A DNA stretch of 64,000 nt from Bdellovibrionales bacterium (GCA_965226095.1 OZ245336.1:1143867-1207866); one strand, 5' to 3'. Counted from the first letter of the stretch, positions 21,410 through 32,509 are shown. The notes: a model not told the origin generated them from the letters alone. A program made the numbers and translations.

Positions 21410-22554
21410 ATTGTAACCTTTTTTATATACGTTCTTAAGTTTTTAATTAAATCATCTAATTGTTTTTTTGTGTGGTTATAATGAATGCAAATGCGAAGTC
21501 TCTCCTGCCCCTTTGCCACCGTGGGATAGCGAAGTGCCTTGATGTCATAACCTTTATTTTGCAAAAACTTTGCGAATTTTAATGCAGCAGTATTACTACC
21601 TAGAATCAGTGGTACAATAGCGCTCTCTGAATCCCCTACACTTGCAAAAGTTTTTAATTGATCTCTAAAATATTTCGCTTTTTTCTGCAATACCATTCGC
21701 CGTGTTGAATTTTTCTGTAACAGTTTTATCACACATTGAATATGAAAGAGTAAAAAAGGATGAGGGGCAGTAGAATAAATAAAAGGTCGGCAACAGTTAA
21801 TCAAAACAGATTTTAAGATTTTTGATCCAGCAATAAAAGCACCACTTGCCCCCATGGCCTTGCCACAAGGATGTACACTGATAATATGTTCTTTCTGTTT
21901 AAGCAAAGTACAAAGTCCTGCTCCTTGGTTACCATAAAGACCGGTAGAATGCGCTTCATCTACAACAAGCAAAGCTCCATATCTTAAAGCCAAAGCGGAG
22001 AGCTCTTTGAGTGGAGCTAAGTCACCATCCATGCTGAAAAGACTTTCTGTAATAATAATTTTCTTCTTTTCTTTTTTTTCTTTTTTTAAAAAATTTTCCA
22101 ATACATCTAAATTTTTATGTGAATAGATATATTTTTTTTTATTAAGCATTCGACATCCATCAATGAGACTGGCATGATTGAGTTCATCAGAAAAAATAAC
22201 CGAATCTTTTCCCAAGGTACTGATAATTGCCATATTAGCCAGATAACCGGAACTAAAAAATAAAGCACTGGAACGTTTTACCCATTTTTGAAATAAAAAT
22301 TCCGTTTGCTCATGCCATTTTGTCTGTCCCCTGATAAGCCTGGAGGCTCCAGCATTTAAAGGCATACCTCCCTTAAGCGCTTTAATCAATTTTTGTCGAA
22401 TCAAAGAATGATGAGATAAGGATAAAAAATCATTGGAACTAAAATCCAAACCCTGAGCAATTTGCAATGTTCTCTCTAAACCTTGCTTTCTTAACTCACC
22501 TATCTGTTTTGACCATTCTTCATGAAATTTTTTGTAATGATATATTTTTTTCAT
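21406..22554 (-). CDS. bioF: 8-amino-7-oxononanoate synthase
   Basis: FSSNDFL, SGYLAN, NHASLIDG, ESLFSMDGD, DEAH and PLP-Lys in CGKA; overlaps bioD. Confidence 0.93.
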   Translation of the reverse strand: MKKIYHYKKFHEEWSKQIGELRKQGLERTLQIAQGLDFSSNDFLSLSHHSLIRQKLIKALKGGMPLNAGASRLIRGQTKWHEQTEFLFQKWVKRSSALFFSSGYLANMAIISTLGKDSVIFSDELNHASLIDGCRMLNKKKYIYSHKNLDVLENFLKKEKKEKKKIIITESLFSMDGDLAPLKELSALALRYGALLVVDEAHSTGLYGNQGAGLCTLLKQKEHIISVHPCGKAMGASGAFIAGSKILKSVLINCCRPFIYSTAPHPFLLFHIQCVIKLLQKNSTRRMVLQKKAKYFRDQLKTFASVGDSESAIVPLILGSNTAALKFAKFLQNKGYDIKALRYPTVAKGQERLRICIHYNHTKKQLDDLIKNLRTYIKKVTI

Positions 22555-22659
22555 TTGTGTGCTTCAACTTATAACAAGTAACTTTTTCTGTTTAGTTGTT
22601 TTTAGGATTTTCTGGATAATCAGTGACAATAAGCTTTTTTTTGTCTACACACACAGATA

Positions 22660-22980
22660 ATGAAAAAATCATTATTAAAGATTCTGACCCTAGCTCTTTT
22701 TTGCTGTTTCATTGCCTTTGTTTACTTTTTTCCAAGATATCTGACAAATTACTTAGGAGAAAACCACTTCTTATCCAGTTACTTATACATTTACACACTG
22801 GGAATTCTGTTTTTCAGTTTAAATATTTTTTTGTTATTACGCTCAAAAGCTCTATATCTAAAAAGAGAAGGTGAAAAAAAATGGCTGTTTATTTTTATAC
22901 TGGGACTTATATGCGCTATGACAATGCATGGAACATGGATCGCAACAGCTGTGCTATTTCCTTTTAAAGGTATCTTATAG
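22660..22980 (+). CDS. Small three-TM membrane protein upstream of the symporter
   Basis: 106 aa, three hydrophobic segments, 14 bp before the SSS gene. Confidence 0.65.
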   Translation: MKKSLLKILTLALFCCFIAFVYFFPRYLTNYLGENHFLSSYLYIYTLGILFFSLNIFLLLRSKALYLKREGEKKWLFIFILGLICAMTMHGTWIATAVLFPFKGIL

Positions 22981-22994
22981 TAGGAAAATAAAAA

Positions 22995-24914
22995 ATGGAA
23001 CTCACTCATATTCTCAGTCAAAAAACAATGGTTGTCATTTTTTCTGTTGTTACTTTGTATTTTGTTTTTGTTACTTTTATGGGAATTTATTTTTCCCGAT
23101 TTAGCACCAACATTAATGATTTCTTTTTTAGCGGACAGCGTTTTTCCTGGTGGCTTCCTGCCTTTAGCATGGTGGCCACTGGTATCGGCTCCTACAGCTA
23201 TCTCAAATATTCTCAACAGGGTTATGAAACAGGAATGAGTAGCACCATGGTGTATATGAACGAATGGTTTATTGTTCCAGTTTTTATATTTGCCTGGCTT
23301 CCTATTCTATACTTTAACCGAATAAAATCTGTTCCAGAATATTTTGAAAAACGATTCAACAGAACTGCACGCTATGTCACTGTTGCTTTAATTTTAGCCT
23401 ATATTTTTTATTATATAGGATATAACCTCTACACTATCGGTCTAGCTTTGGATGGAATGTTTGGCTTCTCTCCACTTTATACAGTTCCTTTAGTAACTCT
23501 TATCTTAGGTTTCTATGTTACTTTTGGTGGACAAACAGCAGTCATACTGACCGACCTCTTTCAGGGAATGATGCTCTATCTGGCTGGTTTTCTAGTGGCC
23601 GGGTTTGGTATTTATGCCTTGGGTGGTTTAGATGAATTTTGGTCTTACTTGCCTCTCTCTCATCGACTGCCTTTTACTTCTTTAAACTCTGAGCCCTACT
23701 TTAATTCCGTTGGTGTTTTTTGGGGAGATGCTTTGGTGGGCAGTGCCGCTTTTTTATTTATGAACCAGGGAATTCTTATGCGATTTTTAGCCACTCGAAG
23801 TGTGAAGCAAGCCCGTATCACCGCCTTCTTTAATGTGTTGGTGTCCTTACCACTTTCCGCCATCACTGTAGGGGTGGCTGGCTGGGTAGCTAAGTCCATG
23901 ATTGTGAAGCAAAACACAATTGGCACAGCTTTACCTAATTATGAATATCTAAATATTACAGATAGTTATCATGTATTTATTAATGTTGCTTTTGAGATTT
24001 TAAAAAGACATGAAATCATTCTGGGTCTTATCGTTGCGGCTTTATTAGCCGCCTTAATGTCCACCATAGATACTCTGATTAACGCTTCTGCCGCTATTGG
24101 AGTCTATGACATTTATAAACCTCTAATTAAACCTAAAGAAAGCGAAAAGCACTATTTGAAAGTAGCCAGATGGGCCTCCACTATTGTGATTGGCATTAGT
24201 CTTCTCTTGGTGATTTGGTTTTTTCAACAAAAAGGAACACTGATGTCCATTCACTACAAGGGAATTATGACGATTATCCCTCCTGTAGTTACTACTGTAT
24301 TTATAGCTTTATTTTGGCCAAGGTTAGATGCTTTTTCAGCTGTACTGGCAATGGTGATAGGTGGTGTGGCAACTGTATTAACTGGCATTTTTCCGGAACC
24401 CGTTTTGTACTTAAGAGATTTTTTTATGGGTGCTAAATCCAGTGACCCCATTTTTTTTAGAGCCTTATTTGGTGTTATTCTAACTTCAACCATAGCTGTA
24501 GTGTTATGTTTATGTCGCTCTAAATCTCAAGCTGAACAGGCAGAGCATAGAAAAAAAATCAAAGGATTAACTGCCGATACTTTGGATCATGCCATGGCCT
24601 TTTTCAAAGGAGGAGAGGTTAATCATCAATTGGGTGAAAAAGTAAAAAATTTGAAATTAGTTTTAAATGATGAACTAAGTTCCAAAGAGATCATGCTCTC
24701 TAAAACAGTTGCTGAACATTTAAAGGCACAGCCAGGAGATATTGTTTTTGTATCTGATGCTCGTTGGTACTTAGGAGGACTACGTTCCAAACATTTTACA
24801 TTAAAATCCCTTCATACCAATGAAGATAAAAACCAGGTCTTCTTATCAGAAGAAGGACTTAAGCGATCCTATATGTTTTTACAGAAAAAAGCTTTTGCAG
24901 AAAAAATTATATAA
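22995..24914 (+). CDS. Sodium:solute symporter (SSS) family protein with a C-terminal soluble domain
   Basis: DFFFSG, SVPEYFEKRF, GGQTAVILTD and AALMSTID; many TMs followed by a ~125-aa hydrophilic tail. Confidence 0.92.
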   Translation: MELTHILSQKTMVVIFSVVTLYFVFVTFMGIYFSRFSTNINDFFFSGQRFSWWLPAFSMVATGIGSYSYLKYSQQGYETGMSSTMVYMNEWFIVPVFIFAWLPILYFNRIKSVPEYFEKRFNRTARYVTVALILAYIFYYIGYNLYTIGLALDGMFGFSPLYTVPLVTLILGFYVTFGGQTAVILTDLFQGMMLYLAGFLVAGFGIYALGGLDEFWSYLPLSHRLPFTSLNSEPYFNSVGVFWGDALVGSAAFLFMNQGILMRFLATRSVKQARITAFFNVLVSLPLSAITVGVAGWVAKSMIVKQNTIGTALPNYEYLNITDSYHVFINVAFEILKRHEIILGLIVAALLAALMSTIDTLINASAAIGVYDIYKPLIKPKESEKHYLKVARWASTIVIGISLLLVIWFFQQKGTLMSIHYKGIMTIIPPVVTTVFIALFWPRLDAFSAVLAMVIGGVATVLTGIFPEPVLYLRDFFMGAKSSDPIFFRALFGVILTSTIAVVLCLCRSKSQAEQAEHRKKIKGLTADTLDHAMAFFKGGEVNHQLGEKVKNLKLVLNDELSSKEIMLSKTVAEHLKAQPGDIVFVSDARWYLGGLRSKHFTLKSLHTNEDKNQVFLSEEGLKRSYMFLQKKAFAEKII

Positions 24915-24956
24915 AAAATTGTTATCAATAAACTCTTTCTAAAAATAGACTAATTT

Positions 24957-26597
24957 CTACCAGCTGTTCCACCAATCTTTAACAGATTCCCAAGCACTCT
25001 TTTCCTCTTCTTCATCCGGTTCCTGTGTTGGCTCAAGATACTCTATCTCACTTTTAGAAAGCCCCTCATTTGCCAGCATAGAGTCTTTTTGTTTTCGGAT
25101 TTCTTGTAATGCCTGATCATATTGTTCTTTCAATAGTTGTTTATTGTTATCGTCCAAGGAAATATAGTAATTGAATAAACGTTCAAATACACCTTTACCT
25201 TTATTGAAAGATGATAGTTCCAAAAGCATCATCTTAATTGTATCAAGATCTACTTTTACTGATGTTGATATTTTAAGTGGCTTTAACTTCGCCAGTTGCT
25301 TAACAATACCCTCTAACAATTCTTGATTTTCTTCCGACAAATGATTTAATCTATTTATAATTTCTGTACGTAATATACTTAATACATCTTCTTTATCTTG
25401 TAAATTTGCCATAACAGTCTGTGTATATATACCAATTAGAATAAGGGTAAACTGATTGCTGGACACTAACGATTGAGGTAATGTACAAACATAAGGTAAA
25501 GTGTAAAAGTTATAATCTTTGAAATCATCAGAAAAATTATGTGCAGCACCATAGTTAATCACCACCAATCTGCCTTTATTATCTGGCTGACTTATTACAT
25601 TCTCCACAGATTCAAGTAAAAGTTGCTCTCTGTAGCTAAATATAAAATCCACCTCTGATAATTTGCTAAGATTCAACATTGACCTATAAATCTGATACAT
25701 TTTTTCTTTTAGTTCTATTTTTTTTACTTGATCAGTTTCCTGATTAAATTGATCGGATAAATCTAATATTCTTTGCTGAAAAGAAATCAAGTGTTCAGCA
25801 ACACTTAAAGAATCTGTACCATACATTTCCAAATAAACTTCTTTAAACTCTTTAACAGAAGTTCCAGATACAAAGGTAGTTGCAGGATAAAATTCTTCTA
25901 TTACACTTGTAAAAAAAGCTGCTTCTACACCCGTTAATTGACTTAATACTTTTATACTATCTTGACTTAATTCTTCATAAGAGTTTGCAATCTTAATATT
26001 CTCCAGAACTTCATTAACAGTCGATGATATTTGTGACTCTACGCCACTCGTACCATCGCCTATATCATCCACATAATCACTTTCACCACCCTCATCTCCA
26101 GAAGTATATTCATCGCTCGCATCACTACCTGCATAACCACTTTTACCATCTTTATCTTCTCCAAGAAGGTATTCAATAGTCTTTTTATTATCGTCAAAAC
26201 GGACCTTATCAACCATTTCCTGTGTCCAAGCTGCTTCTGAAAATACTAGCGCTGTTGGATGTTGTTTGATCATTTGAATAAAATTAAAACTGGAATAAGA
26301 AACATTTTCATGTACATTCATTACTTCCTCTATAGTAGTTTTATCTTGTTCTGAGAAACCAAATATTCTTTTAGAAATTCGATGAAACATCGGATAGTGA
26401 ACAACTTCAGTGCCTTCAGGGATAGAACAATCCGTACCATGAAGAGTATTATAAAAAGGATGATTTGACAGATCTTTTTCTTCTTCCGGTTTTATTTGAT
26501 TGCAATTTTTAGAACAGTCACCTGGCCTATCAGGTGTCCCTGTACCACCACAAGAAACAAACAGACTAAAACACATTACACTGAACAATAACCTCAT
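24957..26597 (-). CDS. Hypothetical acidic lipoprotein
   Basis: ATG 26597 with AAGGAG RBS, lipobox LFVSC, acidic G/S/D-rich linker and Trp-rich C-terminus. Confidence 0.75.
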   Translation of the reverse strand: MRLLFSVMCFSLFVSCGGTGTPDRPGDCSKNCNQIKPEEEKDLSNHPFYNTLHGTDCSIPEGTEVVHYPMFHRISKRIFGFSEQDKTTIEEVMNVHENVSYSSFNFIQMIKQHPTALVFSEAAWTQEMVDKVRFDDNKKTIEYLLGEDKDGKSGYAGSDASDEYTSGDEGGESDYVDDIGDGTSGVESQISSTVNEVLENIKIANSYEELSQDSIKVLSQLTGVEAAFFTSVIEEFYPATTFVSGTSVKEFKEVYLEMYGTDSLSVAEHLISFQQRILDLSDQFNQETDQVKKIELKEKMYQIYRSMLNLSKLSEVDFIFSYREQLLLESVENVISQPDNKGRLVVINYGAAHNFSDDFKDYNFYTLPYVCTLPQSLVSSNQFTLILIGIYTQTVMANLQDKEDVLSILRTEIINRLNHLSEENQELLEGIVKQLAKLKPLKISTSVKVDLDTIKMMLLELSSFNKGKGVFERLFNYYISLDDNNKQLLKEQYDQALQEIRKQKDSMLANEGLSKSEIEYLEPTQEPDEEEEKSAWESVKDWWNSW

Positions 26598-26822
26598 CTG
26601 ATACTCCTTTAACAATTAGAAAATACAACTTGTTACACTCAATTGATATTATCAATTAAGAAAGAATTTAAAAGAAAAAAGTTAAAAAGTCTATCTTTAC
26701 CAAAGATATTTAACTCATACTATGTAATATGTACACCTAGTATATAATATTTATACCTATACTCAGTAAGTATAAAAAAATAAATAAGCTTGTAAGACTT
26801 ACACAGAATTTGTGCTTCAATT

Positions 26823-28376
26823 TTATCTATAAAGTTTTTGCATATCTGCTTTAAAAGATTTACGAGATTTGGTCCAGGTATAAAACATGTGTCCTCCATG
26901 ATAAACACGAAAAGATAACTGTTTCCTTAAATCAGCTGGTAATCTCATTAAATCCATTCCCCTTTGAGAGGAAAAATAAGGAGTCACTAAATCAAATACT
27001 CCATGACAAATAAAAACCTTCATGTGAGGGTTCATGGACATGGCATAGCGAAGATCATCTATAGCGCCTATTTGTAAATCAAAAAAGTGAGATTTTTGAT
27101 CACTCTTCCATTGTTTATTAATATCAATGTTTAATAAACGATATTGCCTGTCACAATCTAAACCTACTAAATCTCTAAAAAAGGTATTAATTCCATGAGT
27201 GAACACATGTTCATTGCCTGCCGCTGTAGGATCTGGACCTTCAAAAGAATCTCTGTCAGGAAAAGGATCCCAACTCACTACAGAACCATCATAAATACCA
27301 CACCACTTTCTTTCTTCTTTGAGAAGAGAGCGACAGAATTGAAAAAGAGGTAAACGTCCGTGATTCTTTTTTATTTTTTCAAAAGGCACTCCTAAAAAAT
27401 CTGCTGTTTTTTGTAAAATAGCTGTTCTTTTTTTTTCAGGCATGGAATCCCCTTGAACTAAAAAATTATTTAATTCATTTAAGGCAAAATCCTCAGCTGG
27501 TTTTAAAAAAGATCTAAGGTTAACACTGGAATCCAACTTCTTACTGGAGAAATATTTAGATTTTCCATGTTGTGCAGCTACAGCTGACATAGTGGGAAAA
27601 GATTCTATCCAATACAGATTATCGTAATCACTATGAGATAAAGATTGAAACTCCAATACAGGAGAAATAAGAATAGCCCCTCTTAAACCCACTCCATAAT
27701 CTTCCTGTAACTTCTTGGCTAACTTTCCCACACGAAAACCACCATAACTTTCTCCCACAATATAAACAGGAGAAGACCAACGATGATACTTGGATAAAAA
27801 TCTTTGAATAAATTCACAGATACTTTCCAGATCTCTATTTAACTTGTAAAACTCTTGGCCAGGAGGTTTTTGCTGTTTGCTACTACTACTTTTTTCTGCA
27901 GAATTATGTGTACTAAGATCTATTTCTTCTACTGAACGACTAAAACCAGTTCCAATGGGATCAATAAAAACTAGATCAGAAAAATTCAACCAGCTTTCAG
28001 GATTATCCTTTAGCTTTGCTGGTGGTGGTAAGGCCACACCTCTATCACTAAAGGACACCGTTTTTGGACCAATTCCACCAATATGCAGATACACAGAAGA
28101 AGAACCTGGGCCCCCATTAAACACAAAAGCAATAGGTCGAGTCTTATTGTTACCTTTTTTCTCTAAAGAATAATACGTAAAGAAAATATCAGCTATAGGT
28201 TTTTCTTTTCGACGAATAAGCAACCAATCAGATACAACAGAATACCCAAAGCTTTGTTTACCAACATTGAATGTCCACTTTTTACTTGCTCCTTTAGGAG
28301 GTGAATAAGAAAGAGATTTATTTTCTTCTATCTTTTTTTGTTCTGTTTTTTTATCTTTTTGCTTGGAATCACTCAT
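26823..28376 (-). CDS. Serine carboxypeptidase, peptidase S10 family
   Basis: FNGGPGSSS, IDPIGTGFS, GESYGG, DLVTP and GGHMFY. Confidence 0.93.
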   Translation of the reverse strand: MSDSKQKDKKTEQKKIEENKSLSYSPPKGASKKWTFNVGKQSFGYSVVSDWLLIRRKEKPIADIFFTYYSLEKKGNNKTRPIAFVFNGGPGSSSVYLHIGGIGPKTVSFSDRGVALPPPAKLKDNPESWLNFSDLVFIDPIGTGFSRSVEEIDLSTHNSAEKSSSSKQQKPPGQEFYKLNRDLESICEFIQRFLSKYHRWSSPVYIVGESYGGFRVGKLAKKLQEDYGVGLRGAILISPVLEFQSLSHSDYDNLYWIESFPTMSAVAAQHGKSKYFSSKKLDSSVNLRSFLKPAEDFALNELNNFLVQGDSMPEKKRTAILQKTADFLGVPFEKIKKNHGRLPLFQFCRSLLKEERKWCGIYDGSVVSWDPFPDRDSFEGPDPTAAGNEHVFTHGINTFFRDLVGLDCDRQYRLLNIDINKQWKSDQKSHFFDLQIGAIDDLRYAMSMNPHMKVFICHGVFDLVTPYFSSQRGMDLMRLPADLRKQLSFRVYHGGHMFYTWTKSRKSFKADMQKLYR

Positions 28377-28567
28377 ATCGTCTCTCCTTTAGTAATAACT
28401 TCCTACTCTTAATTTTAAATTTGAAACAAGCCAAAAACACCACAGCTAAGTGAAACCTTCTATCACAAAACCACAGTGTCTTTTGAGCTTAATTGAATAA
28501 CAATACTACAACAATTTTAGCTTGAAAAGCCAATACCTATTGATAAAATAAAACTCTCTTTATTCAT

Positions 28568-29338
28568 CTATTGAAATATTTTTCCAAATAATAAATCTCT
28601 ATTATTTTGAGTCTTTATAGAAAGTTCTTGAAGAGAAATATTATGTAAGTTCGCCACCATTTGTGCTGTATGAATAAGCCATGCCGGCCTGTTCTGCTTG
28701 CCCCTATTAGGGGCAGGAGCCAGATAAGGAGCATCTGTTTCTAAATGTAGACGATCCAATGGAACTTTTTGACAAACTTCCCTTAAATCATCAGCTTTCT
28801 TAAAAGTCAAAATCCCACTAAAAGAAATATTAAAACCTCGATCCAAAGCTTCTTTTGCCAAATTCCAAGTGCCTGTAAAGCAATGCAAGAGTCCCTTCAC
28901 TCGCCCTTTAAATTCATTCAAAACACTGATTGTATCTACCTCTGCTGAGCGAGTATGAATTTCCACCGGCAGTTGTTTTTCACTAGCCAGATTCATTTGT
29001 TTTAAAAAAACTTCTTTTTGTTTTTTTCTATCTGAATACTCATAATAGTAGTCCAAGCCAATTTCTCCACAAGCCACAATACCCTCTTCATCCAAACCTT
29101 TACTCAATATCAACTCTACCTCATCATTGTACTGACTGGCAGAATGGGGATGCATACCTAAAGTTCCCTTTACTGATTTAAAATCTTTGGCAAATTGAAT
29201 AACAAAAGGCCAGTCCTTTGATTCTGTACCAATAGTAATTAAGTGATTCACTCCTTGAGAACGAGCCTCCTTTACCACTTTTTCTACAGAGTCATCCAAC
29301 ATATTTAAATGAGTATGTACATCTGTCCACTCTATCAT
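28568..29338 (-). CDS. tatD: TatD family DNase (YcfH-type)
   Basis: DVHTHL, GMHPH, GEIGLDY, HCF and ETDAPYL. Confidence 0.95.
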   Translation of the reverse strand: MIEWTDVHTHLNMLDDSVEKVVKEARSQGVNHLITIGTESKDWPFVIQFAKDFKSVKGTLGMHPHSASQYNDEVELILSKGLDEEGIVACGEIGLDYYYEYSDRKKQKEVFLKQMNLASEKQLPVEIHTRSAEVDTISVLNEFKGRVKGLLHCFTGTWNLAKEALDRGFNISFSGILTFKKADDLREVCQKVPLDRLHLETDAPYLAPAPNRGKQNRPAWLIHTAQMVANLHNISLQELSIKTQNNRDLLFGKIFQ

Positions 29339-30297
29339 TAGGCAGATATCCTCCGTGATTGCTCTCTAACACAAATAAACAAATTATCAAAAATCAAAAC
29401 TGTATCTAAATATTTCTTAATATCTCTTTCTGCAGAAATAAAGCTTATAAACAAGTTATCCAATATACCAGATGGAATTTTTTTTAATTGATTAATCAAT
29501 CCTTTTTGATCTGTATGGATAGTGCTTTCTTCGCTTATTTGTGCTTGCCTGGCATCTCTCACAATTTGTTGCCAACATAAACACACAAACAAAGCCTGAT
29601 TTCTATCTTTTACCAAATCTGCCAGATCATTAAATGAAGAAAGTTCTTTTACAGACAAAGCTTGCTTAAGTAAAGCAAAAGCTTGCTCTCTAAGCTCTTT
29701 ATTTTCCACCCACTTTTCCAATTCATCCATACGCCCCTGACAAGCCCGCAATATCCATTCCTCTTCTAGTGTATTCCACTCTTTCATATCACTAGCTTCT
29801 AGTGGTGAAAAACGTAGAATCTGTGTACGGGACCGAATGGTTAAAGGTAGGGCAAAGAGATGTGAAGAAATGAGAATAAAATATACATTAGAAGGGGGTT
29901 CTTCCAGAATTTTCAATAAACTATTACTGGCCTGTCGATTCATTTTATGTGCCGAATCTATAATCACCACTCGAGCAGGAGCGAGACTTTGAAGAGATAA
30001 AAAATTTAAGACAGTTCTAATTGACTCCACTTTAATAAATAAAGATTCTGGTTCAATAAAAAGTATGTGCTCACTTTTTTTCTCTTCTGTTTTTAAACAA
30101 TAAGAACATTCACCACAAGCCGTATTCTCTTCTTTACATAGTAAAACCTGAGCTAACGCCCAAGCCATTTGATTTTGCCCCAAGCCGGATGAACCTGTCA
30201 GTAATAGTGCATGCGGCAATCGTTTATTTTCTTTGGCCTTTAAAAGACGTTCCCATTGAGATTTTTGACCGATAATACTTTTAAATAGTTGTGCCAT
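29338..30297 (-). CDS. holB: DNA polymerase III delta-prime subunit
   Basis: HALLLTG, CGECSYC, NSLLKILEEP and TIRSR; between tmk and tatD. Confidence 0.92.
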   Translation of the reverse strand: MAQLFKSIIGQKSQWERLLKAKENKRLPHALLLTGSSGLGQNQMAWALAQVLLCKEENTACGECSYCLKTEEKKSEHILFIEPESLFIKVESIRTVLNFLSLQSLAPARVVIIDSAHKMNRQASNSLLKILEEPPSNVYFILISSHLFALPLTIRSRTQILRFSPLEASDMKEWNTLEEEWILRACQGRMDELEKWVENKELREQAFALLKQALSVKELSSFNDLADLVKDRNQALFVCLCWQQIVRDARQAQISEESTIHTDQKGLINQLKKIPSGILDNLFISFISAERDIKKYLDTVLIFDNLFICVREQSRRISA

Positions 30298-30926
30298 TAA
30301 GCTGACTTAAGCCACTTTCGACGAACTAATTCCCTCAAAACCTGAGTAACCAACTCTTCTGGAGGTAAGAGAGCATTTAATACAAGCCAACGATCTTTTT
30401 TTGCCTCGGCCAACTGCAGATAGCATTCTCTGACCCTTTGATGAAAATTTCTATCCATGATCTCAAAACGATCAGAAAGTTTGCCGTGCATCTGTATTCT
30501 TTTTTCTTTTTCTACAACTGGTAAATCCAATAAAATCCACAAATCCGGCTCTACTTCAGAAGTTGTCATTTTATTAAGCCACTTTACAGTTTCATCCGGC
30601 AATTGACGACCTCTTCCTTGGTAGGCTGAAGTGCTGGCCCAAAATCTATCACAGACAATCCACTGACCTCGTTCCAAAGCTGGTATGATCACCTTTTCCA
30701 CATGATCTTTACGACTGGAGGAAATAAGCAAAATTTCTGTTTCCGGAGAAATGAGATCTGTATAAGGTGTTAATAAAATATCTCTAATTTTCTCCCCTAT
30801 AGGAGTACCACCTGGCTCTCTGGTTAAGACAAAGTCCACTCCTTTATTTTTTAGCTCCTTGGCCACTGATTTAACCAAGGTGCTTTTACCGGAATGATCC
30901 AAACCTTCAAATACAATAAACGGCAT
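30297..30926 (-). CDS. tmk: Thymidylate kinase
   Basis: FEGLDHSGKST, TREPGGT, CDRF and AYQG. Confidence 0.97.
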   Translation of the reverse strand: MPFIVFEGLDHSGKSTLVKSVAKELKNKGVDFVLTREPGGTPIGEKIRDILLTPYTDLISPETEILLISSSRKDHVEKVIIPALERGQWIVCDRFWASTSAYQGRGRQLPDETVKWLNKMTTSEVEPDLWILLDLPVVEKEKRIQMHGKLSDRFEIMDRNFHQRVRECYLQLAEAKKDRWLVLNALLPPEELVTQVLRELVRRKWLKSA

Positions 30927-31095
30927 ATTATTTCTCCTAATTAAAAGGACCTAAAACTAAATATAAAGTCAATCAACATAAGAGTAATGAAGCATAGCAA
31001 AATTATCCTTTAGTAGTTAATTGATGAGCTCTTAATTCACAATAAAATTATATACTCTCTAATACAATTAAAATACCTGAATATTTACTGAGAAG

Positions 31096-32502
31096 TTATA
31101 TACAAGGCGAAATATTTTTATCTAAAAAACTTTTTAATTCCTCTGCACACTTTTGAATAAGAACTTTATCCTCCCCTTCTAATAAAACTCTTAAAATCGG
31201 TTCAGTTCCAGAAAAACGAACATATAAGCGGCCATTATTATTTAACTTCTTTGTGATTTTATTAACTAAAGAAGTGTAGCCGGGAATTTGAGACAATAAT
31301 ACAGAAGATGAGTGTTTTTCCAAATTCTGATGTATTTTTTTTTCTATTTTTATGGAAATTTGCTTTTGAGGCAAAGGTGAAAATATTGATTTTAAGACAG
31401 ATAGTTTTTTGTTTTCCAAAAGCATTACAGCCAGCACATTAAGAGCGGCCACTAAACCATCCCCTGTGGTATTTTGTTGTAAAAAAACAATATGTCCAGA
31501 AGGTTCCCCTCCCAAAATAATATTATGATTCTGCATTTGTTTGACTACATTGCGATCTCCCACTTCCGTTCGCATCAACTCGATACCTTTTTCAACCAAC
31601 ATTCGCTCCAAACCGACATTAGACATATAAGTGGAAACCACTTTATTACCCTCCAGTTTTCCTATCTTCTGCAAATGCAAGGCACATATCCCTAATATAT
31701 GATCTCCATCCACCAATTCTCCGTTTTCATCCGCCATGACCACTCTATCACCATCACCATCTAAACTAATACCCACATCAGCCTTATATTTCAAAACCGC
31801 ATCTTTTATATTTTCAGGAAATAAAGCTCCTGATTGACGATTAATATTGTACCCATCCGGATGATTCCCTAAAACAATAACTTCTGCGCCAAGTTCTTTA
31901 AAAATTGTAGGAGCGACCTTATAAGCAGCACCATTGGCACAATCCAAGACAATACGAAAACCTTCCAAAGAATGATTTAAGGGAAAAACATTTTTAACAT
32001 AAACAATATATCTCCCGGTGGCATCATCAATGCGTCGACTTCGGCCAATTTGATCAGAAGGAGAAGTTAAAGAATTCAACTTTTCCGAAAAAACCAAATC
32101 CTCAATTTCCTGCTCCATTTCTTTTGAAAATTTGAATCCTTTTTTATCAAAAATTTTAATACCATTATCCTCGTACTGATTATGAGAAGCGGAGATCACC
32201 ACACCGGCATCTGCTCGCATATTACGAGCCAAAAAACTAATACCAGGTGTAGGTAAGGGCCCCGTCAATTGCACCCAAACTCCCATAGAATTCAAACCAC
32301 TGGCCAAAGCCTGCTCCAGCATATAGCCGGATAGACGGGTATCTTTTCCGATTAAAACCATGGGAGTATGTGCTTTATTTTTTTTTCTGAGCAACAAACC
32401 CATAGCTTGTCCAACTCTCAGAATAATTTCTGGTTGAATGGGAAACTGACCAGCTGTTCCCCTGATACCATCTGTTCCAAAGAGCTTTCGATTAACACTC
32501 AT
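31096..32502 (-). CDS. glmM: Phosphoglucosamine mutase
   Basis: FGTDGIRG, SASHN, DGDGDR, GGEPSGH and RFSGTEP. Confidence 0.97.
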   Translation of the reverse strand: MSVNRKLFGTDGIRGTAGQFPIQPEIILRVGQAMGLLLRKKNKAHTPMVLIGKDTRLSGYMLEQALASGLNSMGVWVQLTGPLPTPGISFLARNMRADAGVVISASHNQYEDNGIKIFDKKGFKFSKEMEQEIEDLVFSEKLNSLTSPSDQIGRSRRIDDATGRYIVYVKNVFPLNHSLEGFRIVLDCANGAAYKVAPTIFKELGAEVIVLGNHPDGYNINRQSGALFPENIKDAVLKYKADVGISLDGDGDRVVMADENGELVDGDHILGICALHLQKIGKLEGNKVVSTYMSNVGLERMLVEKGIELMRTEVGDRNVVKQMQNHNIILGGEPSGHIVFLQQNTTGDGLVAALNVLAVMLLENKKLSVLKSIFSPLPQKQISIKIEKKIHQNLEKHSSSVLLSQIPGYTSLVNKITKKLNNNGRLYVRFSGTEPILRVLLEGEDKVLIQKCAEELKSFLDKNISPCI

Positions 32503-32509
32503 AATATCT

